NCBI GenBank assembly: GCA_024137785.1 | Contig: JAHRHZ010000116.1 | Coordinates: forward strand, 62,001 to 126,000 | Length of the DNA: 64,000 bases | Origin: Ginglymostoma cirratum | Lineage: Eukaryota | Direction of reading: 5' to 3' | Shown: positions 22,944-34,764 of the stretch, in pieces | How positions within the stretch are numbered: position 1 is the first letter of the stretch | How the letters are laid out: each line of letters begins with the position of its first letter | Made by a program: the position numbers and the translations under genes | Notes under the pieces: generated by a model | Told to the model about the DNA's origin: nothing | Database searches by the model: none | Seen by the model: only the letters and a program-made list of their open reading frames with translations

Positions 22944-25900
22944 GCATAGTCACTCAATTGATTGTTGTAAAATGATCACAAGGTATAATAGTGTCAGAAG
23001 CTATTTCCGTATCCCTGGTGATTCAAGAAGCTGCGGAAATAATCTTGGGATAATGTGTAGGCCATTTAGGGCAGTGATGATGAAGAACTTCCTCACTCAG
23101 AAGGTAGTGGATCTTTAGAAATGTCTACCTCAGAGGGTTTTGGAGGTTTAAATCCATAAATGTTTGGAGACTGTTGACATCAATTGCAAGGAGGTAGCGC
23201 AGAAAAGTGACATTGAGGTAAATGAGAGCAAGTTAGATGGCCTGAATGACCTATCCCTGTACTTCATTCCTATCAAATCAACATCTTTTCATTTCTCACA
23301 ATTTGATCGTGTGCTATTGTTTCTCTGTTTTTTTTCAACCAACTGTGAAACCTACTTTATTTTCTCCTTATTATGTTCCAGTCTACCACTTTCTACCCCA
23401 TTCTCTTACCCTCTTTGTTTCCCTTTGAAGCATGTTTACTTCTCTTGCTAATTTACTATCCAAACAATTAAAGTATTGACGTAAAGCCTGGATGCAAATA
23501 TCCTATACTGTCTCCATTTGAATAATTTAAGTGGACAAGAGAGGCAGTGCACCACCCACTTCATAAGGATACTTAAAAGTCTTCAAGAAACACCGGCCTT
23601 GCTATTGACATTGACACCACTGTGAAGAAAAAAAATGTAACTGATAGGTGGAAGATGTGCAGCTTGAGTCACAGCCTCCTTCGTCTTGATGTGAAGGAAG
23701 TTTTAAGAAAAACTAATGTTATGTCAATTAAAACTACTATGCTTCCAGGTGAAAACCAGAAAGGGTTTCGGTTCAAACTCTGTCATTAAAATATGAAACA
23801 TTTATTTTATACTCTGATGCATTTAGAACCTATTTGCTGTACCCTCTCTCAGTTCCTATTATGTTTACCAGAAAATGACTTGAACACATCCAGAAGGACG
23901 GCAGGACCTTAGAACAAAGAACTATTAGATATAGAAATATAAACAAGTCACTTTCACCAACTAGTCTGTACCATATGAAATGCCGTCTCATGGTAGCCAA
24001 CAAGAATTTTCCATTAAAAAAAACCGGAAGAACAGCGGATGCTGCAAACCAGAAAGAAAAATAAAAGTTTCTGGAAAACCTCAGTCGGTCTGGAGGCATC
24101 TGTGAAGAGAGATCAAGTTAACTTTTTGGATGCTTCCTCAGACCTGATGGTAGCGAAGAAAATCTCGTTTTTTATGCATACGATAGCGCAGAGGGAGGGC
24201 GTAAGGAGTAAACAATAGCTGGGGATTGAGTCCAAAGCAACAGAAGGACAGTTGGACAAAGGAGTCGATAGCGATCGGGCTGGGAGACTGATTATTCAAT
24301 GTTCACCTGTAAATCTTCTAAAGTATTTATTGAAAAGTAAATCAATAAAGGCTAAAACTCTTCTAGGTATGCCAAATCGGTTAAGTAACCTGACACATTT
24401 AAGCATGACGTAATTGGGAACATTGTGGAGATAAGATGAGGCAGTTAAAAAAGCTGATCAAATAAGTGGTTCTACCCGGAAGGGACGAATACAAAATTTG
24501 CAGTTGACAGTTCACCCACGAACACAATTGATCGCTTATAACTTCAGTCAGAGAAATGGAAGACGTGAAACCATGACTTGATTATGGATATGTAACTGAT
24601 TTGGGTGCTGTACCTTAATAGTCCTTCTGGCTCTTAGTTTAAACAACATAGGAGCGATTTGAATGTATCACTGAGCTAAGGTCTGAAGCTTCAGGCTTTT
24701 TTTTCTGAAGAAGAAATGCACGGATTAGGGAATGTGCTCTTATTTACCATTTCTATCCTATTGTAACCTTAATTGGTGCACAGGGTAGGAAATGGATCTC
24801 AAGTACGTTATTTCATTATTATTTTGTAAATCTGTACGAATTTAATTTCTTCCCTTTCATGATCAGATTATTTTGTTCCACTGTTCAGCGCTGTCTGAAT
24901 GTAAGAAGTTTCAACACATGTAATATGTATTTTACTGTATTATGTGGCTTTAGATGCTGTTATGGCAAATCATAGAGCATTACTTGTACTTGCAATGAAA
25001 ATGATATTGGTCAAAGTATTATGCTGCATGTTTATAAAAATACTGCTTATTAGATTGTTGAAATATGAATTACCATGAATAAAACATCGGTCTGTTAGAT
25101 ATTTGACAATATATCGTTACAATGCAGTTGAAAACCCATCCAGTCTATTCAGTGTTCTTTGGAAAAATAACACTATTATATTACATGAATATTTAACGTG
25201 CGAGTATGATCTCCGAATTTTATTACCAAGACATTTGAAATATATGAGTATTATAAGTGCAAGATATAAAAACACTTGCGCATTTTAGCTTGTCCTGATA
25301 GGTATTGTACATTTCTCTTTTACTTTGGCCAATTACATATTTTCATCATGAGTGAACTGTTGCAGGCGCTGGCAAGGAAAAAGTTGGTTACTTATCTCCA
25401 ACCTTAACTTCAGAGTAGAGTTTGCTTGTTTATTCACCTCTTACATTGCGCTTGATGAGGATCTGCTTAGTATGTTTTACAAACAAATTTGATTTCGAAA
25501 CACATAAGAAGATGACACCCAGAACTTGACCCAATTCCTTTATCTGATGGCTTTTGAAACTTCCATTGAATGTTTTTCTCGACTGTTTCTTTGCCCCAAC
25601 ATCCGTCGACTCTTCAGTTAATTTCCTTCTTTGTGTTTTCATTTATTTTTCTCTCTGTCTCTGAGTCTCTTTCTCCAACACTGTTTTTGGAAAGTGCAGA
25701 GTGGAAAACTAATTTATACTGCGCAAACCATTCTATGAACTTCTTTTCAAATCTATTTTTACCCATTTGATTTTTCAAGTCTCTGTAAGAGATGCCATCA
25801 ATTCTGAGGAAACGTGTAGAAATCAGTGAAGATATGGAGAATGCGAGACATTAGAAGGTCTTAGGAGAAGAAAGGAATTTCTGCCTGAGTGGACGTGAAG

Positions 25901-26940
25901 TTAGAAGCATTCATAGCAGTGAATGTGGAAGGGCAGAACTGAGCTGAAAAACTCGAGGCTGGAAACAGAAACATGGGTTAATGAGATAGGGGCAAATTAC
26001 AAATAAGAATTCTGCAGAAAAAAAATGTTTTTATATCTGCTAACAGCTTGCTGACTAATAATTTCTTTTCAATACAATCAGTCACTGGGTGAAAAATCCC
26101 AATTTCTCAGATCCGGAAATTTCTCTGTCAGTATTCGATTGGCATCATGATAACAGGGATGTGATTCCCCCATAGTAACAGTGGTCATAGGACAATACAT
26201 AACAGTGCTTCATCGAGTGAAACCATTTCTCTTAGTTATGCATCCTGAATTTTAAGAAGGTTGTGAGTTGCCTTCTTGATATACGCACAGCATGTGGCTT
26301 AGATTGACTGACAATGCAAAAGCATAAGGATTAAAATCCAGGAACACCTCTCAACCAATTCGTGTACCAACCAAAACTGAATGACTAGAACAGTTCTCGA
26401 AGGCAGCTGAACACTGCTTTCGTAAGCGCAGCTGGGAAAGAACAATAAGTGCTGGTTTAACGAATGGCATCCATATTCTGTGAATGAATGATTTAGAGGT
26501 CCTTCTCTCCCATTTTGAAAATTACTCTGAGATAGTAGGAATTGCTGATGCTGGAGTCTGAGATAATAAGGTGTGGAGCTGGATGAACACAGCAGGCCAC
26601 GCAGCATCAGAGGAGCAGGAAAGCTGACGTTTCGTCGGAACACTTCTTTAGAAATTACTCTGTCACTTTTATACGGTCCTTAACATAACAGGTCTAAATT
26701 TACACTTTAATAATAAGGCATTAATATACCCATAGTAATAAAGGTAATAACACAATACTTTCATGCTGATAACAAAGTTATAATTCATCATCAGTAACAG
26801 CACCATTAAGACACTCGGGGTCCATTTATGTGTGATAAGATTCTAGTAATTTATCCAAATTAAAAGAGATAATGCCGAAATACCACATTTACGACTCAGT
26901 AATTTTGTGGCAATTGGCCATCAAAAGCATTGCTAATAAT

Positions 26941-28057
26941 AGAATATAATAACGTTGAGACAATATAATAATATCATAAATCCCTCACAGTGATTGCGAA
27001 TAAAACAATATAGGTATGTTTGTATCTTGAAATGTCAAAGGTGAGTGAAGAAAAAGTGGAGAAATGACACCTGTCACACCAAGACACATAAGCATTAAAG
27101 GGATAAATTAGGCAGATCATGAGGAGAAACTGCACGGGTAAGCTGATATAAAACATGTTGGGTGAGAGAAGGTAAATAATTTATTTAGAAAAAGCCTCTC
27201 AGTCGATGGCCTAAATTAGAAGGTTAACTAACAAGGTAAAACAATTGCAGTAGTGTAATGACGTTGTAAGAAAAGTAGGAATTATATCAGATAAGGGGAA
27301 TAATATACATGTAGCCAGATAAAAGAAAATATACGGATCATGTTACTAGCAAAATGAAGAGTAGACGCAGTCGACCAATGAGCCACGTAACAACGACTGA
27401 AGTCCTGTATTTCAACTGGCACCCTGTTTGGACAGGGTAAGTAAAGGGCAAAACCCAGGTCTTTCGGTCTTCCAAGCATTTTTATACGAAGCTCTGGTGC
27501 ATTCTGCACCTCACTGCAAAATGATCACATTTGGAGCTGGTGACATGTCTGCACAGAGATAATTAGAGATTTGATCTTTTACATAAATCACATTGAAACA
27601 ACACAGGTCGGTGTGACTGATGCTTGACCGTTCTTTCACATGAGCTGGAATTAAGTATATTTCATGGGTTAAGGCATTACTCTAATATGGAATGCCCAGA
27701 GGTTGTACAGCATTTCGCCATGTAACAGAAAGATACTTACCTGGATGTTGGGACAAAGAAGACGTGTTCATTACTGACCAGTAAGAGGCTGGAAAAAGCC
27801 TTGGAAGGCATAGCCATCTTCTCATTCTAACAATTATTATATCGGTTTGATCACTAACCAAGTGCATTTTGAGACTCATGATCTGCCTAATTTATCCCTT
27901 TAATGCTTATGTGTCTTGGTGTGACAGGTGCCATGTCTCCACTTTTTCTTCACTCACCTTTGACATTTCAAGATACAAACATTGCTATATTGTTTTATTC
28001 GCAGTCACTGTGAGGGATTTATGATATTATTATCTTGGCTCAAAGTTATTATATTCT
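26941..28057. repeat. 183-bp inverted repeat (26941-27123 / 27875-28057) around a ~750-bp spacer, each arm with a 12-RSS-like signal
   Basis: 8 mismatches over 183 nt by manual alignment; CACAGTG + 12 + ACAATATAG at 26986-27013 and inverted at 28012-27985. Confidence 0.9.
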
Positions 28058-31031
28058 TGCAATTTTGAGACTGTATAATTTGTATCACAATTGGTTGTAT
28101 CAAAATTATCTAAAGATGTTTTAAAGTAGTTGCATTAAAGATGCACGAGAGCAGTCTTCATAGATGCATAAACATATTTGCCCAAGTTAGTGCCCTTATA
28201 CCTAAAGCGACAACACTATACAGTTAAACTTAGTATGAGCATGTCTATTTCAGCACAGTCACACTGTCGACGTATCCAGTTCAGGACGTGCACAATTTCA
28301 ATGAAAATCCATACAATGCAGATGTACAATTTCACAGCAGTGTAGTTTTGTCGAACCTACACCAGATCAACTCCAGCAAGGGCCCATACTGTTTGCAGCA
28401 CGTTGACTTAAGCTTGGCTTAAAATCAATATGGACACATCCAAACTGTTACTTTTTATGACAGACAAATATTTGGACAACAACTTCATCCCTTGAACGAG
28501 TTGAACTACAGTCTCACGCTTTACGAGGATTGATATAAAACCATCATACTAAGGAGGAGCTGGTTATTTTATCAAATTAATTGCGAAGATAATTAGCATA
28601 TTTTATGTGGTTTGGCTTAGAATGGTCAGACATAAAATAAGGTAGCTGATACGAGTAAGAGCCTCGGCCAATGGTCCCCATGGGTCCCCGCGGTAGGATC
28701 AACCTTGGACACCTTAGTGAGCATCCCTTACAAATATTTCACAAATTTTGTATTTAATACTGCCATATATGGTGTCAAATAGCGGGATGTTCTAAAGCCA
28801 CATTCTGTCTGTGCAATGCCTGTGTTGGTAAAAAAAAAGTGTATCGAAATCGATTGTAATGTCTAAAGCACCATTCAAAATATATGTAATTGCGCGTGAT
28901 CCTTTATAGGAGCTTGCTGTACCTGGACTATGTGAAGAAAACTTCAGAAAAGTTCAAAAACAAGAACAATCTATTAAACTTTCTCCCTGGATCAAAAATA
29001 AGCACTACTGCCTCAATATTCCGGAACTCAGAACTCAGTCTATCATGCTCAGCATCAGAATACAGAGCGCCTTTCTATCATGGGTCATCACACACACATG
29101 CTGGTGACACCTACGCAATTGACTGCAATAAGGCACATCATAACGAGAATTCTCCGTTTGGCATATCTTCCCGAGTTTCTGTCCGAGCAAAGAACACTCT
29201 TCCGTACAATTGCAGACTGAGGAAGCAATGGTCTAGTCGCATTATTGGAGAACTGTTAAGCCAACGACCTGGATAACGTTCTGGGGACCCAGGATCGAAA
29301 CCTTCCATGGCCGATGGGGAAGTTTGAATTTAATAAAATAATTAACACAGAATCTAATGATAACCATTAGTCAATTGTCAGAAAATACATCTGGTTCACT
29401 TATATCCTTTGGGGAAGGAACCTGCCATCCCTTCCTGGTCTGACCTACATGTGACTCTAGACCCACAGCCATGTGTTTGACTCTAAACTGCCCTCTGGAC
29501 AGTTAGAGCTGCACAATAAATGTTGCCTGGTCAGCGACGTCCTCATCTCATTAATGAATAATAATAATAAAAAAATGAAAGCTCATAAGCTGGTTGCAAC
29601 TGTCCAAGCTGCACTTCGCTTACCCTCTCCACAATGACTTTCTCAATCTACTTACTGTCTATCAATCACTGGGCGTCCCTCATACAGGAAGATTCTTGAG
29701 CAAGTTTTAGCAGTCCTTTTTGGATCAAGGCATGAAGTAGGGAAAAAAAAGGTCGTCAAATGTAGGGGTGATACAGTATGGAGCTGCTAGAACTCAGGAA
29801 AGTTTCTGCTCCTCTGATGTTGCCTGGCCTACTGTATTCTTCGAGTTCTCTACTGCTTTATTTCTGACACCAGAGTCTGCAGTTCTCGCTATCGCTATCA
29901 ATAATGAGAAGCTCCATCTGGAAAATGGCAGCTATCATGGCGAGAGTGGTCCTTGGTAAATGCAAAACTCCTTGGTACACTTGTGCAGAGACACTAACAA
30001 TGCTGCATACTATTGATGAGTGCCCCATCGCCAGTTTTAGTGTTGGAATCATCATCTTAAGCTCTGAAAACAAGTTTTTTTTGCTTGGCTGCAGGCCTTT
30101 TTATTTGGTGAACAAATGAGCACAATATTAAGGCGACAGAAAGCTTACTGGCAGATCAGTCAATGCAGCTAAAAGCGATGTGTGCAATCTTATATGGCAC
30201 CCATTAAGATTCTCAACTGATTGCCCTGCAGCAGAACATACAAGAAAACATTGTCAATTGAAATCTTTAAAACAAACAATCAATTGCTGCATCGCTCGAA
30301 GCTTCGAGTTCAATATCGAGCATTTCAGCAAAATGTCTGCATATTCAGCAGCACAATTCTCCAGTACTGTTCCCGGAATGTTGTCAGAACCTCAAGCTGT
30401 TCCGGTGCCCAGTACCTTCATTCGTTACTCCATGTGATTTGGGCCAGATAGAATCAGTAGAAACCCACTATTAATGATGATTAATTCACCTCCAACGAAG
30501 TGCACCCACCAGCTGATCTATGCTTGGAGCCAATACCTAACAACATGGAAGTGCACGCATTCTGGAGGCAGGTATTAGTTGATATTATAGCATGTAGTGT
30601 TATGTTGTTGTGGGGACTGCTCATTGGTTTATTCTATTATTCAATAACAGCATGACTGATCTGCAGTGCATCAAACCTGCATCAAGTGAGACCTATAAAC
30701 AACTTCAAGTGTCCTGCTAAATCACACATGCAGACATTCCCTGCACATCAGACTACCATGGGAAGGGATATTTTGATCGGGTTCATTGTTCACATGATTG
30801 GGCAGGAAGTTGCATGATCTCTCTTTAAACCCGTCCGTGTTCACATTACTCAAAGCCTGAGATACTAGAATGCGACATCCATTAATGACCTCCCATTAGC
30901 TGTCCCGTAGAGATCACCTCAATCGTTTCGAGTGTTTCAGTCTAGTTCTGAGGTCGGGCCTCTCAGAGAAGTTCTCAGCTGCTGCCCTCAACTGCCCTTC
31001 ATATTAACTATCAGCTCTAGGCTGCAGAAAG

Positions 31032-31548
31032 ATAGAATTCTTTGCTATTGTAACCCAGTGCATCTGGATACCCCGTGAGTACCAATGAAGTAAATGGACA
31101 TTGCTTTGATTCAATGAAATGTTACCCACGATCATGCCATTTGCGAACATAGGCACCGGGTTAACATCGTTTGTTTTTGTGCTGTTGCTCTGATTGTCCA
31201 TTAAACTCTCTGTGTTTAATTTCCAGGCTCTTTCAGTGAGTGACAAAAACTGCCACAATGGTGACCAGGACGGCGGGTCAGTCTGTTATCATCACCTGTG
31301 TTTACTATTGTCATAATTGGGTCACTATTTCAAAGATGCTTATCTCCTCAGGCAGATCCAGATGTTGACAAATTGGGAACAGATTTCCAGTGGAGGGAGA
31401 TTTGTTGTGAGGAAGAATAGAAAGAAAAGACAGTTTCACTGGAGATCCGGGATGTAAGAACTGAAGGCACTGCCATCTATTACTGTAAAGCATATTACTA
31501 CTGCAGCAGCTAGAGTGATGGGCCAATACATTGTGCAAAACAAAAACA
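31032..31548 (+). pseudogene. NAR-TCR V (IgNAR-like V) pseudogene, cassette B, with leader exon
   Basis: Leader 31032-31074 (start mutated to ATA; 14 codons + 1 nt, donor GTGAGT as in cassette A); acceptor ends 31226; VTKTATMVTRTAGQSVIITCVYYCHN/GHYFKDAYLLRQIQMLTNWEQISSGGRFVVRKNRKKRQF/SLEIRDVRTEGTAIYYCKAYYYCSS. EQISSGGRFV matches the IgNAR ESISKGGRYV motif; RSS TAGAGTG (31511) + 22 + ACAAAAACA. Confidence 0.85.
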
Positions 31549-31864
31549 AACACTGCAGATTTTTACAGAAAGAATCAGGGAAGTACAGTTAATTTATTCA
31601 TAAAAACACATAATTCTGCATCTCGACATACCATCCCTCACATTGTAATTTCCAAAGCTATGTTATTATTGGTGTTAACATCTAAAATTTCAAAATGCTG
31701 AGTTTGTTGATGTTTTTTTTTCTTGTAATTGGAGTCTGTAAATGTTGGGAATGATGAACGCAATTAGGAGTTCAGAACATATCGGGACCCAATTCTCAGA
31801 GCCAGGACGTGACGACACGGGCTCCGCGGTATAGTTATTGTCTCCATATCTCACTAATGTCTGA

Positions 31865-31937
31865 GGTTTTACCGTTAATTTGAAACATTGTGTTCAATTT
31901 TCGGGATTCCACAGTGGTTGGGATCTGAATAAATACC
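31865..31937 (+). other. D segment flanked by two 12-spacer RSSs (NAR-TCR D), cassette B
   Basis: GGTTTTACC + 12 + CATTGTG (31886-31892) | TTCAATTTTCGGGATTC (31893-31909) | CACAGTG (31910-31916) + 12 + ATAAATACC. Confidence 0.85.
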
Positions 31938-31994
31938 ACAGTGCAATTGAAAATAAAAGTGCTGGTTAGTATCCCGGAATGTAAAATGTATTTA

Positions 31995-32272
31995 TTAGAA
32001 TCCCTACAGCGTGGAAACAGGCCCTTCGGCCCAACAAATCCACACTGACCCTTGGAGCATCCCACCCAGAACCATCTCGCTATCACCCACAAACCCCTGA
32101 ACACTATCAGTAATTTAGTATGGCCAATCCACCTAGCCTGTGGGAGGAAACCCACGCAGCCACGGGGAGAATGGGAAAACTCCACACAGACAGTCACCAG
32201 AGACTGGAATCAAACCTGGATCCCTGGTGCTGTGAGGCTGCAGCGCCAACCACCGAGCCACCATGCCACCCC
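31995..32272 (-). mobile_element. HE1-like SINE inserted between D and J of cassette B
   Basis: same family as 22626-22943. Confidence 0.8.
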
Positions 32273-32546
32273 GAGATATGCTCAATATACTCAGTACATT
32301 TTCCTGCAATGTCCCTTTTTTCTCTGTTACCGTTCTGTGATATTTTTGCCCCTTTCCGTGATGCGCTCATCAACTACCCGTTTTCCTGCGTCCATTTGCT
32401 AGTATCTCAGAGTCTCATGAATAACAGTTTGAACCAACACGATATGAGAAAATTTGAATGTTGTTATTTGTTAGAAACACTCCCAAAAATTACAAGCAGA
32501 ACTAAATGTTTTGTAACATGTGGCTATCAGATTAAATGGTAACAGT

Positions 32547-32636
32547 GGTTCGTGTCTGGGGTGACTGAGAGCAGCGTCACGGTATTGGTAATATGATATT
32601 GTGGATGGACCTGGGATCTTGGTGACGTCACGACAG
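32547..32636 (+). pseudogene. NAR-TCR J segment, cassette B (degenerate)
   Basis: nonamer GGTTCGTGT 32547-32555, 22-nt spacer homologous to the cassette A J spacer, heptamer CACGGTA; coding YDIVDGPGILVTSR; donor CAG|GTAAGT at 32637. Confidence 0.75.
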
Positions 32637-34418
32637 GTAAGTGACTCCAAATGCTCCATGTCACAGACTGTCTCAATTAATATTCACTGTCAGTATATTT
32701 TTGAGACCTGTGTCATTTCAATCTTACTGTGGGAAGTCAGGGAGGACATGGAAGGACTGGTTGAGTTGTATTCCAATCTTCAATGGCAAACGAAGGAGGA
32801 AATCAAAGGAAACCTGACTCCAACATGGGAGACTGACAAAAACAAAGAAAGCACATGGCATCCGGAGTAACTTGTCAACTTGGATCCTTGTTGGTATGGT
32901 AACAGACAGAGTGTGGTAATAGGAGATTATTTGCGTGAGTCGAAGCCGGTTTCCAATAGCTTACCGCAAATATTAGTGCCTGGGTCCCGACTAGTGATGC
33001 AGAAGGCCTTAAGTTTTAGGAAAATATCGATGGGTTATTCAGATCGGCAGATCAATGGCAGATAGAATCTAAAACTGATAATTATATTTAAGGGAATGGA
33101 ATATGCCATCCTTACATGGGCTGGTCCACCTGTGACTCCGGGCACACAGGAATGTGTTTGACTCATTTCTGGAATCTGGGAAAATAGTTATGGACTAGAA
33201 ATATTAACTTTTTCAGCAACTCCCACATCCCGTAATTTTGTTTTTAACGTAAGGAGATGCAGTTTGGAAGAAGTAACAAGACAATGGAGTTTGCAAGAAT
33301 GGCAGGACGCTAAGGAGTTGAGAGGAACAGAGGTATCTTGGGATGCTTGCTCACAGATCCCTAAAGGTCGAGGGGCCAATGAAAAGGTTGGTAAAGAAAG
33401 CATACAATGCACTTATTTTTATTAGTCTTGAAATAGACTATAAAAGTAGGGAGGTTACGTTGGAGCTGTACAAGGCTTTGGTTAGTCCACAACTGTGACT
33501 TTCTCCTTTAGAGAGTCAGCACATGCATGGCGGATCTTTTGGACTTCTGTTCTGTGATCGTTCTATCATTGTGTTCCATGAATATTTGACCACTGTCAAC
33601 TTGAATCAATTTGCACTCAGTTGAATCTTTATGTGGGCTGTGATACAACAAATGTAATATGTACATGGGAGAACTACGAACTGCAAGTTCCTCTCCAAGG
33701 GAGTCACCATCCCGACATGAAATATGATTCCGTTCTTCCATTGTCGCTGAATCAAACCCTGGAAATGACTCTCTAACGGCATTTTGGACGGACTAGCACA
33801 AAATGATTGGAGTAGTTCAAGAAAACAACTCACCATCACCTATGAAAGGGAAACTAGGAATGGGAGATGAGCTCAGATTTGGACAGTGGCGTCCAGATCT
33901 CAAAAATGAATAAAGACAGAAGCACATGCAATGGCGTTGCTCTCCATCAACTAATTCTGGAATTGATAGTCTCAGTGAAAAAAGAATTAATTGTTAAAAT
34001 ATTTCCAATATGTGTGTTTTACAAAGTGGTATGTTTGCAGATATCCAACAGAATTTACCTATGGCCTATCTCAAGGTATTTTAAAATTGCGAACACTCCT
34101 TTTTTCATTTCCACCTAATCCCAGAATATTAAATGGTTCATAACGTGCTCTCAATTTCCCTTTGAGAAATACTCTTGAGTCATCTTCTTCCACAGAATCT
34201 TCCATTCTGGCATTTGATCCTGATCAAAGTAATATGCTTTCTCTTTTCGACAGAAAGCAAATCCCAACATCTCCATGCTGTGTTTTTTTCTTAATTCGAC
34301 TGAAGACATTTCAAACCTGCTCCAAATGAAGAAATACGCCTTAAAATGAGAGCCGCTCACACCAATGACAAGTTTTCTAAATATGCCATTGCAAAACAGA
34401 CTTCTTTTCATCCCACAG

Positions 34419-34764
34419 AATCTTGTTCAGTGTTGTAGCAGAATCCACATTTTAAAACCTCCACTACCTCTGAAATGTTACTTTACCTGCCAATAGTCAG
34501 GGTTCTGTCAGCGTGCAGTTTAAAGGTACAGTCAGTCCCCAAGTCAGGCTCTGAATACCTGCTTCAGAGGTACACTTCAGCCGAGGAGAATAATGAACAC
34601 GGTGCCAGAGTAAGGCTGTCTGCATCCATCAATCCTGTTGTGAAATTCAGCAAGTTAAAGATGTATAAACTACAGCATATTGACTCTGTTGTGTGTTACT
34701 GAGCACCGAGTCGGCGCTCAGCGCACACAGTGATACAGAGCACGGACGTATCTGTACAAACACC
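34419..34764 (+). pseudogene. Leaderless 'supporting' TCR-delta-type V pseudogene, cassette B
   Basis: acceptor ttcttttcatcccacag; SCSVL*QNP...NVTL/CQ*SGFCQRAV*RYSQSPSQAL/EYLLQRYTSAEENNEHGARVRLSASINPVVKFSKLKMYKLQHIDSVVCY*; near-consensus RSS CACAGTG (34726) + 23 + ACAAACACC; no leader found between J and this exon. Confidence 0.85.

Noticed and set aside
23830-24099. Minus-strand ORF containing FIWYRL
   Set aside because: No flanking Cys motifs or RSS, and the 5' part is a repeat; too weak to call a V relic
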